A stretch of 64,000 nt of DNA from Perna viridis. Its lineage: Eukaryota. Below are positions 1 to 13,860 of the stretch, in pieces. The DNA lies in the NCBI GenBank assembly GCA_037379345.1, contig CM074512.1, positions 35,774,001 through 35,838,000 on the forward strand, written 5' to 3'. The notes under the pieces are model-generated. The model ran no database searches. It was given only the letters and a program-made list of their open reading frames with translations, and was not told the DNA's origin. The position numbers were made by a program, and so were the translations under genes. Numbering within the stretch: the first letter of the stretch is position 1; each line of letters begins with the position of its first letter.

Positions 1-1744
1 ATTTGCAGAACTTTGCCAAAGTCTGAAACAAATTCCCATGATTGAGCAAGCCCATATAAAGCTTGTTTAAAAATATCAACAGGCTGTGAGAAGAGAAAAC
101 TGCTATGAGATGGATCAGCATATTATTCTCAAACAGAGCACATAACTTAAAAGTAATGGCTAAAGGTACTAACCCCTTATGACTAGAACTTATAGCACAA
201 TAATGCAATATCATCCACATAAAGCTTATGGTGCACTTATATATTAACAATCAAGACTTATAGATCAAGGGAAACTGCTAAAGTTAAACCAGCCTTATCA
301 ACATTCAAAAGAACATATTCATTCATTGATCATAGGAAGAATTACAAAGATGTGGTTAAAACAAAGCTTAAAATAACATCTGACGTATTAAACAATTCTG
401 TCTCCATTTTCCATAAGAAGATATAACAACAGGATAAACAGGCCAAATAAATTGGCGGAAATGTCTGAAACATTGCCTTTTCGTAGATCTAACAGCTTCC
501 CAAAACATCTGAATCAATCAGCAGTAGACTCAATAATAGAAATATGCTGATTTTCTAGACAGTTTTTACTTTTATCCCAAATAACAATTTTTATCGGTTT
601 GTAATTGCTTCACGGAGTGCTGAGAGAGACAACAGACAACTTCAATTACATTTCTGCAGGAGTCACAGTGAGGATTCTCAATTTGTAAGTAGCTTTGTAC
701 AAGGGTAATGTTGTCGATTGCTGAATTAAACAGAAGAAAAACATTTGTAGAAGACTTGTATAAGCCTTGATTTTTTCTGATATTAGCATTGTAATATAGT
801 CATGAAAATAAACATTACAGCTGGAGTTACACAGGATAAAGGAAAGACAACACTCATATGGCTAATTATTCTCAGCTGTGTGTTAATTTACTTCCTGGTG
901 TAATGGCAGGTCAAGAAAAGAAAAAACAGATCATAGCAAAGTTGTTATGTAGCTAGGTAGTACTTTACCATAACATTATTCTATCTGGTGCAAATAAAAA
1001 AAAGATAGAAGATATACATGATATAGACAAAATGATTATCAAATTCATCTGAAGAAAAGGGTTAAGGACACAGTTTTTAAGTGGCTAAAATTTTGTTATT
1101 AACGTCATACGATGAACTAATGAGCAGGTTTTTTACTCATTTCAAGACAGAAAATGCAATACATTGCAAAAAAAAATCAAAAACTCTAGAAAGACTGGAG
1201 TAATCTTCAGTAATACCTTGCAACAAAGACTAAAAAAAGCCAGCAACTCAAAGCTACCTCAACTCTGGTTCAACACCTGAACAATTGAACTACTTCAGAA
1301 TTAGCACACATCTTATTAAAACCACAGTACCTCAGTAAATGCCAGTGTTAAGGCAATTTTAACAGGGTTTGCCCAACAGAATCAAGTATTTATTTAGACA
1401 AGCATTTTGGCACCTAACAAACAGAATATAAAAGCCCTGTATATTTTTATAAAAGGAGTATGCATACAAACTACAACAGCTTTTCTAATTAAAACAAAAT
1501 ATCAAAGCTCTTGTTTTACAGGGAAGGTGTTGTTTCTTCTCTCTTAGATTAATGTTTTGTCTTTCAAATGAGCAGAAAAACTGCAACTGAAGAATTCAGT
1601 CAAATTTCTTATTTTATGTTTTTTCTAACAGAGCAACATGAAGATTGGTATCACTTTCACAGCAACTGCCAAAAACTAACAAGAAAATTTACATTTTTCT
1701 GGTTACGTGCATAGTTCTCTAAGACCACTAAGGCAAAAAAAAAA

Positions 1745-2361
1745 GTGATACTGTGTTTGCAAGCAAACACAAAAAGTCACCAAAACCTGAAAATAGTCAA
1801 ATTCTACTAAATTATGAAGTCCCCATTTAATATATAAAGTCATGTTTACCCTAGATATCAATTTTCATCAAAATCGAACTTAGTTTTAAATCGCTGATTT
1901 TGGCAGCCAATTTGGAAAAATGGCGGCTTTCTGACAAAATCTGAAACAACTATTGAATTAAGAAAGTTATGTTTATCCTAGGTATTAACTTTCATCAAAA
2001 TTGAACAGTGTTGAAATTTTGAAGATTTTTACTGCCATTATGAAAAGAATGGCGGCTATCTATAAAAATCTTTTTAGATCTGTGATGGCAGCAGCTCTCG
2101 AACTGCTATTTGGATTATTTTCATTCAACCGAAAAGTTTTTAATTTTATAAAATGTTTTCTAATTTTTTGGGGTTTTGTTTAGAGGCCATTTTTTCAAAT
2201 TTTGTAAATTGTATGCACACCCCCTGAGCATGCTTGATTTTGAAGTCAAGTTTGATATGAATCGAATAAACGGTCTCTGAGTAATCATTCTGACATCTTT
2301 ATGCTGAGAATAAGAAAAAGTAAAAACAATAAGTCACAAAACTTCATTTTGGTGACTTAAT
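1745..2361 (-). mobile_element. Non-autonomous Helentron-associated (HINE-type) element
   Basis: Perfect hairpin TGTGTTTGC-AA-GCAAACACA (1752-1771) lies next to sub-terminal IR AAGTCACCAAAA (1774-1785), which matches TTTTGGTGACTT (2347-2358). The latter is part of a terminal stem-loop (2330-2359). Internal 'ttcatcaaaat/aatggcggc' motifs repeat. This is the HINE layout. Confidence 0.6.
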
Positions 2362-2570
2362 ATGTCTTGTTTCCAGCTACTAGCAAAAAAAAAATATAAA
2401 GGGCAGGTAGGTAGGAAATTTATATTATTTTTCAAAAACACTTTACATTAAGTTAATAGGGAAACTTTAACAGTATCTGAGCAAAGATGGCAATCAAATG
2501 TTTATGGTAGGCAGAAAAAAACAAGGATAGGTAAAGTAGCAGGAAACAGATATAGGTTTTTTTTATCTAA
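2362..2570. mobile_element. MITE-like element; its left end (about 1729-1744) may have been split off by the HINE above
   Basis: Inverted repeat TATGTCTTGTTTCCAGCTACT (from about 2361) versus AGTAGCAGGAAACAGATATA (about 2534-2554). CTAAGGC(A)n at about 1728 loosely mirrors (T)nATCTAA at about 2557-2570. Confidence 0.35.
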
Positions 2571-5500
2571 TGAAATGGAATTTTGTTTATGTCATGCTGT
2601 ATTATTCAACAGAAGCGAAAAAAAAATTCCAAAATGAGCATTAAGAAAGTTCAAAGTTGTCACTGAACTTTAAAAACCTTTTCTTTTTTAATTTGGGTTA
2701 AGTTACCTCCTCTCAATTTGATCATTTTGAACCAAAACTGAAATATGTTTGTATCCACACAGCATTTGTAATAGCCTTGTAAATTTTGAAAAAGAAAGTA
2801 AATTGAAGGACACACGTTCTTGTAACTGACAAAGTTAAAATAGAAGACGATAAATAAATATGAACATAAATATTCAGCCCTGTTAATTTTAAATTCAATA
2901 ACTAGGATCTGCGCCTCAAGTTCCATAGGTTACCCCCTGCTTTGGGCCTATCAAAAACACTGTTTTCATATTCAGTGTATAGCATTTGCATAAATTAAAC
3001 TTGACCTTGCATTTCCGTTAGAATTTGAATCATATTTATGGAGATTGAAACAAACCTGTTTACCATAGCAGGTAATGCATGGTTGCACATTTCGCATTTA
3101 TGGTTATAAAGTGAATTTATGGTACCGGATATACATTTATGGAAAACTGTAGACATCCGAACAAACACGTTGTTAACTCCATTATTAAGCAACTTCACAA
3201 TGGAAAACTATGCTACAAGTGAACCTTTGACATTTTATATTATCCGATCTATACACCACTAAAAACAGACCTGTCAATTCATCTACTGAAATTGCGGTAG
3301 CAAAATAGGATTTCAATTTTTTTATCAGGCTATCAATTTTGCATTTTGGAAGTCATGAGGGACAATCATGGCAACTGAAATTTACAAGATACTGTTTTCA
3401 TGGGAGTCACATCTATATCAACTATATTGATCAGTTGGGGAAAAAGTGATCATTTTTATCATCTCAAAATGATCTGATTTCCTTTTCAATCAAAGCACCA
3501 CCTGCTCACCTTGTTGGGAGATCAAAAGAAATTTTACCTGTTTAATTTAGAGCTACAATGAATTATTTGGTGTTACTTTTTGGACTTCTGATAGATCAAT
3601 GAAGACTTTCTGTTAGGAAGATTTACCTGAAGAAAAAGGCTAATTAAGTCACAACTTTATTGACTTAAGACGATCTGGGAACACTGTTGCAAGGTGTCAA
3701 TCTAATTCACTTTAAGTACAAGCCACATAGTTCCATGCAATCATTGATTTTGAAGTCAGAACTCAAACTGATTTTTTGAATCCCATTAATTGCATCTTTC
3801 AATTCTATTGTCTGCAAATTTGAAACATTAAGATAAAAAATGGCATGAAAGATAATCTTCTTCATGAAATATAATTTTACCCAGGTAATGACCTTAAAAG
3901 GTAGTGAGAAACAGTTCAATTAGGAACAAAAACGGGTATTTTACCTGAACATCATCAGAAAAAACTTCCATAAGTATTAGAAAATTATACCACAAATTTG
4001 TTTCAAGCAGCATTGCAATTTGTAAATTTTGACATTTTTGAGATTTTTAATTTATCAAGAAATACTTTACAAGCTTGTGACAAACTAGATGTTGATTAAA
4101 TATTTTGCATTTTACTTGATGTCAAAAAATTAAAATTTCACAGCAATACAATTCTCAATACAAGTAATAATTGCAATTATACCTCAATTACTTCATCCTG
4201 AACCTGTGTGAAAAAGGTTTTAAGAAAACATTACTAAACACTGTTAAGATCAGGAAAAAAAAAAAAAAAATTACAGATTTTTGATAAAATAAAGTTCAAA
4301 GAGTCATGTTATCTATACTTATACTTTCATCTGATATAAATTGAAGAACCCTTATCACAACACATCAAAGTCTGTAAATTTGAGAAACTATATCATTATC
4401 TACTAATCATGGGGAAAAAATAAACTGATGATATAAGAGAAACTCTTGGGTGACATCTTTAGCAATACTGGCGCCACCAATTTCAATGGCAAAATATTCC
4501 TCTAGAAACAACTGCCAAAATGAGCAGAAGAACAAAATGATGATGAATTGCAGATGATTACCACGGAAATTACTTTCTAAAATGACAATGTACACACGAG
4601 AATCTCTGAGGGATTCCTGTTTTAGTCTTAAACTTACAAAGTAATTAAAATTATGATGCTATTCTGAGATGTGAAACGTCTTTAGACCTCTGGGTAAACA
4701 CTGGCGATATTTGCATTACAATTGAAGAACCAAGTTTGCCTGGCAACACAAAGACAATCAGCAGACGAAGTATGGCACATAATTTATCAGAATAAACCAA
4801 GTCTTTTGTCCCCAAGTCAACCTCCACTTATTACATAATATCAAGATGCCCAAAATGTGCACAACAGAAAATTATGCAATCATGGATTAAACAGACAAAA
4901 GGGAATCCATTAGGTATGATTGAGAGAAAATAGGGGTTATGAAAAACAGAGATTGGTTCTTTGTCATTTGAAATTGACAACTAGGCCTGCCCTTAAATTT
5001 TCAAATGAACTGCAGGAGATCATATGACACAAAAGGGTGATAACTGACAAGGTCAAGTTTATCAAATTTCCTTTCAAGACTCTCCTACATTTGAAAAGGT
5101 GCTTGTGACCATCTTAGCAACACAGTTCTTCCACAACCCAATCTTAACTGATTTTGAAGAGACCAGAAAACTTGTAAATTTACATCTACAAGTATTCATT
5201 AAAAGTAAACATCTGCTGACGAAATCTGTACTTTTTACACCTGCCGGCAATGTGCACGTCTGCAAATCTTTTATCACAAATCTAACAATGTGACTACGAA
5301 AGGCTGGGTTGTGACGTTATATCAACTCTTCTATTAAGTAACCAGTTATATTGAATGAAATTGAATAGATTTGAATTTTAATGAAGTTTTTAATGAAAGT
5401 TTGGCAACTATGCACATAGCAGACAGAAACAAAATAATTTACGAGGAAGCGCCATTTTGAAAGTTTGAATTGTATATTATTTATGGGCACATATGGCAGA

Positions 5501-7022
5501 CTATTTACCTTGTGAGAATATTAATTTGCTCCATTAAGATAATAATGTATAAAGCTTCCTACACAAAAATTTGCCATCTCACTCCAAGTTCCTGAATTGT
5601 GCTTCAAGAATGACCATTTATAAGACAATAACAACTCATAGAAAGTAAATTTCATCATGAACCTTTATGAACAACAAGACAACAAAACTTTCCATAAAAA
5701 TATTCAATTTCACCACTTTTGAATAACATCTCCCAAATGCATTGAACATTTTGGTGCTTAGCTACTTAAAAACGGCAAAAAAACTTTGAATTTTGGAATG
5801 GCATATACATGTACATGTACTAGAATGACCCAAGCACTTCCTGTCTGTTAGGCCATAAAATAGTTTTTAAATTTAATCAAGTTAGGACTGTAGAATTTGT
5901 TAGTACATTTCAATAACACATTTTAACTTCAATCAATTATATATGTCAGTGAAAGTATTATTTAGTTTAATAGAACATATGATATTTTCTGTGTTTAAAA
6001 TTTTTTTTCAAAAAGTGTCGCTCTCAAAAAATTAGAAAATTCATATATTTTCCTGGGTAATGTCCACACAAATAATATGAAAATTATTATGTACAATGAA
6101 GTCAGGATGTCAGGAAGTAATCACACAACCTGAAATTTTGAGTGTGACAACGCATGACCCAACATCTTTTTTTTTTCTTAAAGATTTCAAAAAGAGATTA
6201 TACTAAGGACTTAAATAGTCAAGACTGTGAGGTTTCAGAAACAAATCTGGGTTTGTTGACTTAAAAAGTGAATTAATAAAACAGTATACTTACAAATCAC
6301 ATAGCAATGTCACAATTTATTTTCTTGTCTTTGTTTTCACCGAACAAAAACAGGTGGAGCAAAAATAGTAAACAAACTAAATTATATAAAATAGTCTGTG
6401 AGAGTCGAAAAAATAACCATCATCAGAAATCAAAATCAGTACAAGAAAAAGATGGGAAACAGATCCAAAACAGTTTCCTAACACTATAATTAGACTACTT
6501 CAGTAACTAAATCCATTGGAATTTCCATAGATTTTTTCTTCACAACAGAAATCAAATTGAAAGAAGTATGCGCATGTACACTCCACTCAATTCTTCAACA
6601 GATCACGTGAAATTAAAACCTAAAAAATACCTGTAAGAGTATCTTAAGTAGCAGTGACATTTTGTTTTGTTCTTTTATCAATGACTTTTATCTAGGGGTA
6701 CAGAAAAGCCACCCACTTCTTTTCAACATTCTTTTCACAAGAGAAACCTTAACCGCCATTTAATGACAAAAGCTGTATTCTCATCTTAAGAAAATGAACT
6801 GTGATGATTGGCAATCCTAAAAATGGACAGGAAATAAAAGTGAAAGTAAAAAAACTATAATTGACCTAAATTACTGGTCAGTATGTCTATAAATAAATAC
6901 ATTTAATAAGTTGACCTGAAATGGCCTTTATATCCCATGGTCAAAACACAGTCGTCTGCTATCACTAAAACTAGGTCAATATTTCTACACAGATACACAA
7001 AAATGTGATGTCTCTTTCTTAC

Positions 7023-7030
7023 CTCGCCAT
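7023..7030 (-). CDS. Candidate first coding micro-exon (Met-Ala-Arg/Ser, phase-2 intron) of an unidentified minus-strand gene
   Basis: Minus strand reads ACAGCC-ATG-GCG-AG|GTAAGA: strong Kozak context (GCCATGG) directly followed by a near-consensus donor, in a CpG-retaining patch with promoter motifs 140-180 bp upstream. No downstream exon identified with confidence. Confidence 0.5.
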
Positions 7031-7089
7031 GGCTGTGTACAAAATGTCCCAGAAAATAAACACAATCTCACACACGATGATAAACAGCT

Positions 7090-7210
7090 CTAATTGCGGC
7101 AGACCGGCTACTTTAAAAGCAAGACAGTTAAGAGTGAAAGCATGGCCAAGCACAACTATCCAGACAACACGTCAAGCAGCTAAAAATAGAATTCAAATTC
7201 TGATTGGTCA
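7090..7210 (-). promoter_or_regulatory. Candidate promoter with CRE/ATF-like, MEF2 and CCAAT motifs
   Basis: TGACGTGT (minus, 7167-7174), perfect MEF2 site CTAAAAATAG (7180-7189) and CCAAT box TGACCAATCA (minus, 7201-7210) cluster within 45 bp. CpG is locally retained. Confidence 0.45.
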
Positions 7211-8354
7211 CTGCCTGCAGTTCACTTATAAAAAACTATTTTTGAAAATCAATACATGTGCAGCAAGCATGGTAAAAAGTGCAGTGGTTTTATATTAAAA
7301 TGTGCATTTTAATGAAAGTGGGTATAAAAAGAAAGAAGCACTGCATGTTTCATAAACTCAAAACTGTAAAATAAGTTCAATGTCAATTTAATTTGATTCA
7401 ACAAAAAGTTTAAATTGTAAAGATTTAAAATCCCATGTGCTACCTTTCAAATAGAAAATTAATGTCAATTTGATTTGAAGTGGGGGTAAAGAAAAGTAAC
7501 AAAAGAAGACCACAAAATGCATCTTTTATCCATGTTTTGAATTTTAAGTATTTATTTTTACAGTATTTTTGCTTTGTTTGTCTGGCTCTAAAAACTCAGA
7601 CCAGTAAAAATTATGTAATATTGAATCAAGCAAACACATGATCGAAAACAGCATGTGGCTTTTAGAATATGGAATTTTAAGTAATTTTTCATATTTACAT
7701 AAGTATATATCCATGTAATGCACATACATAATTAAATACAAAACCACAAGATGCTGATAAAATATTGATTTATATTTCCTCAGCTTACTATGACATCCTT
7801 CCACAATTATTCAAATCACTAAGCCAGACAAAAAAAATAACCTTTGTTTTTTACCTTGACCTATGACCTTTTCAGTTAAGTTCAAATATATAATACATGC
7901 ATCTGCATTTTTACATTTCTTCCTAGAAAAAGAAAGAAAATAGGAGAGAGATCATCAAGGAAAATTTCTGAACAATCTGATTACCATTCAAAACAAATCG
8001 TCTTCCTAGTTAAATATAGTGAAAAGAAAATTCATTAGTTGCCCTAGACACTGTGTTTAATTCAACAAGACAACCATTGACACATGACCTTGAATTTAGG
8101 GTTCATGACCAAGGATATATGCCAACTTTGGTCAAAATCTATTCATGAATTTTAGAACATTCACAAAGATGGTCATAATAAAAGTAAATGAAAAGTGTTA
8201 TAATAAAGATTTTTATTGTGACTGGTGCCAGTAAAGTGGAAGCATAGGTACCATATTAGTGACACAAGTGGTAGTTATAAAAAGCTCATCAAAGAACAGG
8301 TATTCTCTGACTGTATCAGCAATGGACAGTATTTCAGATTATTCCTATTTAATC

Positions 8355-9404
8355 ATGGGGACAATTAAATACAAAGTTCCACCACCATTTACGGTGCAAA
8401 AGCCATACAGTAGGCAGCTTGAAAAGGTAAAAGCATGGGAGAAGTTAACTGATCTAGATGCTAAAAACGAAGTTATAGCTGTAGTGCTGTCACTTTTAAG
8501 AAAGGACATATTCAATCAAAGATGTAGTGTTCAGTGAGTAGAAAATAAATGAACTTATTTAATGAAAATAAAAGAGTGGCAAAATTGACTGAATTAATGG
8601 ACAAGTTATTTAAGGAAGATAATTAGTCAAGATTATTAAGATACATTACGTTAATGAGAATGAAAAAATGTATAACAAAACTAAGAAATTTAACATGGAA
8701 TTTCCTGAACTAGTTCTTGCTTCAAAATTGCTAGAAGGTTCAAAACTAAAAATGAAAGAAGAGCAACTGGTATTGATGGGTGTAAATTATTCCACCGTTA
8801 AGACATTTTGTAGGCAAATGGCTTATGATATCACTCAAAAAATTCTTTGGTCAACTGACACCTCAAGTAAAGAAATGGTGGTGGAATTAGGGTAGAAACC
8901 CCATTAATAACAACTGAAGGTGTTAATTATTCTAGAATATATTTTAGAAGAAACTCTGACTTCAGAAGAAATTATAATGCTGGTAACAGCAGCTGGCTAA
9001 AAAACACTTCCTTAACAAAAATTAATCCAAAAAGGCCAGAGGATTTATCCCCTGAGATGTTTAAATTGTGACTCAGTTAGACATTTAGTAAAACTTAGTC
9101 CTCATTCATTTAAAACATGGCTAAGCAAACCCTTGAAAATGCTGTACTATTGTTCTCTTGACCGAAACTGCAGACTCAGCAGTACTAGATACAGCATGCT
9201 CATCCACTGCTACAACAGAAACATGGCTGAATTGTTACTTAGATTCTCTTGACAACAATACATGGAGTAAAGCCTTTGTAAAGTCTGATGATCCCATGTT
9301 CAAATTCTGAGGAGGCAAAGAAAAATGTCATCTTTCCAAGCGTTATAACAGGCCTTGATTGTGAAATTCAAACTAATGTTGTATCAAGTGATATTCCTTG
9401 GTTA
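8355..9404 (+). mobile_element. Degenerate Ty1/copia (GalEa-like) LTR retrotransposon gag-protease relic
   Basis: Broken frames give YKVPPPFTVQKPYSRQLEKVKAWEKLTDL..IAVVLSL and YNKTKKFNMEFPELVLASKLL (gag), a decayed zinc knuckle RC-LN-C-DSVR-H-LVKL-S-PH (9058-9099), aspartic protease AVLDTACSSTATTETWLNCYLDSL (Asp at 9188), FKF*GG, and IQTNVVSSDIPWL. Several stops and frameshifts; no integrase or RT seen. Possible PBS remnant TGGTAG at 8269. Confidence 0.8.
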
Positions 9405-12400
9405 TAATCTTAAGATTCATAGAAGCAATGACTATACCAATTCATAACATAAACAAATTATAATTTCAATATTTCAAGCTCCTGAGCATTTTTTCTAATA
9501 AGGAAAGAACAAAAGGTACAAAATTATACACTGAGCTGTAACTGAAATATTTACACTACAAAAAAAAAACTTGCACAATTATGTCTTAAAACTCCAAAAG
9601 AAATACAGAATAACCATGATGGGAGATGAAGAACACTTCATGCCATTTTCCATTCAGTGAATATGTACCGAAGACAGATTTAGGAATTGGGATGGGTCTT
9701 GTTAGTTCTGTTTAAATAATATCTTGTACAACTTAGAAAAAAGGGTTGTTGTTCATATAGTCCGCAGGGACTTCTTGTTAGAACTATGGCCTCCATTCTT
9801 TTCATTAAATTTCAACATATGTTGCCTTTGTCACTATACACGTACACAAATTTATTTCTTGGCAAAAGATAGATTCAATAATACATGTTTCTTCCACTTC
9901 AGTACACTTAACATGTTTACAAATTTTTTGTGGACAAGTACTTGTATTTATTTTTACACAGAGCAGGAAATGTTCTCTTCAACAATTTTAAGTCGCACTT
10001 ACCAAAAACTTACAAAATGTTTGATAGATTATTACTCATACTTAAAACATTTCAAAAAATTCAGATGGGAATTTTAAAGAACTTGACATAGTACTTACAT
10101 ATATTGGGTTAGTTGGACACGGTTTTGAATCATATGAGAATCAGTAACAGCTCACTGTCTGGTCCTTCTATCTAAAAAATATTTAAAAAAAAACAGCTTA
10201 ACTCAGTTTGAACAATGTTTCATTTTTACAGAATCTACAGTTAAGATGTTCCGCAATATCAAGTCAGTTCTATGTAAGGTCATACACAATTTGATTTAGA
10301 CAAAAAGGAGTGTATGGTCTCTCCTAGATCCTGTTACCAGTTACCAACACTGAGGACCCTATAGAGAGTTGATAGAGATTTGCTTCACTGTGTTATTTTG
10401 TTTTATTTATCTATCCCCTTTAAAAAAATCAGACTAGACTTCTGAGAGCAAAGGAGTTTTAGTTGAATGCCGATATTAGCATATTGTGATTGTAGATTTT
10501 GCAACATTTCATCAAAATGTAATTACATTGTATTTTTGCAGGTTAAAAGATAATAACCTTTGGTTTTTTAATTATATGAGTTCTCAGCATGGACAAATTT
10601 TTGGAACACAAAATGACGGATTGACATTCCACTCCTCAAAAATGAATTTTCGTCAATTTACAGGGAATTATGAAATTATTGTGTACATTCAATATTGTTA
10701 GTTTAATTTAGAGCAAAAAGATAGATCTTATTTTTGGCAACTTTGTGAAAATCCCACTTGAGTAATGCTTTAAAATCAATGAAGACAATTTTATCTATTG
10801 TAATTGAAATCCTGTTGTAATTATTAATAATAGATTAACTAATAAAAACATGAAGTTCCACCTGTTGTCATGGAAAGTACATATATACCCCCATCTTGTA
10901 CAGGATGTTGTTTTCTACAGTGACAAAAATCAAGTCCCATTAATATTAAAAGCCATATATCAAATTTGAAATCAATCCACTCATTTAGAATCGAGATTTG
11001 GATTGAGAGAATGATAGACAGATGAATAAGTAGATTAAAAAAGACTACCCAGTCTGTAGTTGGAGGTATAATATTTAGTACTGGGCTTTTTTAACTAGTA
11101 TGCATGAACTATAATTGGTAACTGGACTTCAAAAAATATAAGGACACTTAGAGCTGTAAACACACTCACAAAGAAAAAATTTCATATAAAACTGCCAAAA
11201 GATAACCGACTACTATTACATTTTTAGGTAAACTTATACATAATTTGAATAATAAACCCCATACATTAATTCCCATGTTGTTATTAAATTCAAAAGTGCA
11301 TTAAAATGTGCACCAAAGAAAATTAATGTCAACCTTCAACTGTATGCTAACAAGCATTTATTTGTAAACATTAACACTTTAACACTCCCAAATTAAAAGT
11401 CAATTATGAAAGAATTAGTCACCATTGAAAAAGCAAACAGGCATCCATTGTATAAAAACAAAACAAGCAACAAGTCCATATAGGTATTAAAACAAAAAAC
11501 AAACCCCCTCTATTTGTGAAATTCTTGTTTTTACACTTTGAACCACATTTGATATTTTCAGAAAATTGAATATAAAGAGTTCAATATAATATAGGTAAAG
11601 AGTTAATGTTGATGGCCCATTAAGATTATATAACATAGTATACAATTATGATGTTTATGAACACTCTTTAGTGGTTACTCATAAAATCTGACCAATTTGA
11701 TTAAATAGAGTCAAGCATGAATTTTTTCTACATTAGATTACCAGTAGGTACGCAAGTCTGACGACTTTTATCAAATTAGACTTCAAATTTCTAACAACAG
11801 GCTCATTCATCCCACCAAGTATGGTCAATCTTATCATCAACTATCATACCAAAGTAATTTTTCAGTCCATGCAAAACTTTCAATCTTTAAATGTTTCAAT
11901 GAAAATTTCAATTTCTTACTTAAGACGAAATGGAGTTATACCATCCCTTTCTCTATGCAGGTGCTCCTATAAAAAAAGGGAGGTCCAGGCTATTTATTAT
12001 TAGACTTGATAATTGACAAAATCTTCAAACAAAAAGTGATGTAGTAACCCTTGGTCCACAACAGATCAGGAACTCCTTGGGAAGTATTAAAGTTCTGGAC
12101 ATTTGGTACGGAGATTGGAAAGCCTCTCCAAAGTACTGATTAAAAATCTGATAAGTTTTTGATTAGGTGCTTTTACAATCCGTTATTTTAGGGTAATATT
12201 CATAATTCGCCAACACAGCTTCATATAGGTCACAGTGTCTCCATTATTACAATAAAATGGTGCTTTTTAGTCAAATATTCTGTTGATTTAAATTAAAAAA
12301 ATGTCCACTCTTGTAAAATAAAAATAAAAAACCAAATTGTTGGAAAAATAATTCAGCTATCTGTAATATTACTTTTTTAACATCTTTCTGCATATTATCC

Positions 12401-13658
12401 CAGTCAAAAATACTTTGTTTTTAACTTCATGACAAAAATGATTAAATACAAAATAACCAATGAAAAGGAAGAATTGCTGTACATGTAATCCCATATTTTA
12501 TAGTCTTGTTCAAATTCGTCACTCCTTTATTACATTATGTTTAAAAATAGAATCATTGTTTGGGTTAGTGTTTTCTGCATTTCAAGTAACCATGATTTGA
12601 ACCACAGCATTTTCATTTTTGTGTTGTGATGTAATACATTATTTTTTTGGTTCTAACTTTGATGATTAACCAATTTTTCTTCTTTCATCACTTTGTTGTT
12701 TAACCAATTTTTCATTGTCATTTTTTGGTTTTCTTTGTTTCTTTTTCTTTTTTCTTTTTTTTTATTAATACTTCTTTATTTTACTAACTCTGTCTATGTT
12801 TTAATCTGTAATCATTTGGTGATAAATATCTACATTGTTTTGTGCTTCCTAAATCTAGTCAGAATTCTTTCAAGTGTTTCTTTCCTTTAATAGTTTTAAA
12901 TAGTTTTTACAATGTACTGTGACATATTATATGCTAGTGACACTGCTATACTCTTTATTAATGTGCACCTCCAAAAATTTGGATGAGGAATTGCTTAAGG
13001 GGACATGAAGAATAACGATATACACAATTATTCATAATTAAGCATCAACTCCACTGTCTCTGAAGTAAACAGCCTGTAGAAGGCTAAAATATTAAGTGAA
13101 GAAAGACTCCTCCAAAGTTTTGTTCTTCTGTTAATAAGACATAATAACAAAGAGAGAACATTTACATTAACATTTTACAATAAACTGTGGAAAGAAAACA
13201 AAAGTTGGTAAGAAATATCAGTTCACAACACATGCAAGTGAGCATGGTAAGTTAGGGAAACAAGAAAATGTCCCTACTCCCAAAGAAACTCCTCCATGCC
13301 ACATTATTTCCATTAAAGGAAAATTCAGAATGATTTTTAAACATATTTTCATCAGATCTAAATACCTCAAATTCAACAATTCTGTAAACAGGCAATAATT
13401 GAAAATTTTAACTCTGCTTGTACGACAAACATGATCCATATTATTATGAATGCCATGTATAATAATAAATTAAATGAAATTTCAAGTGATAAAAAATAAA
13501 ACATTTTAAACTCACAATTTCGACATGGAATATGTTTGAAATTTAACAACAAGATGCTTGTCTATTCAAATATTCAATTATGCAACATAATTCCATGAAA
13601 ATATTCTTCAAAGAAGAATTTCAAACACAAAATCGAAGAGAAATACAAAACACTTTAC

Positions 13659-13860
13659 CTGCGTCAAATGTCTGCGTCTTTCCAAGACAAGGGTTAGCGT
13701 ATCCTTCCGCGAGTCCGTTAGCTACTTGGCCCTTGAAGAGGGAAAGAGGAAATCCTACATATATCTAACTTCCTTCACCTTATGCGAAGAATTTATTTAC
13801 AAATTTCAAGAGAGATTTTCCTCCCGCATAAAATTAATCGACCGTCTGCAGTCTGAGAAC
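13659..13860 (-). other. Candidate non-coding 5' exon with donor CAG|GTAAAG; may extend to the acceptor at 14354
   Basis: A CpG-rich patch ends exactly at a minus-strand donor (exon end 13659). A strong acceptor TTTTTTTTATTTCAG|G lies at 14355/14354. No convincing ATG-initiated ORF. Confidence 0.35.

Noticed and set aside
650-720. Minus-strand acceptor TTTTCTTCTGTTTAATTCAG as the exon following the 7023 donor
   Set aside because: A phase-2 join gives MASNRQHYPCTKLLTN* with an early stop. Other frames are not recognisable and the donor is weak.
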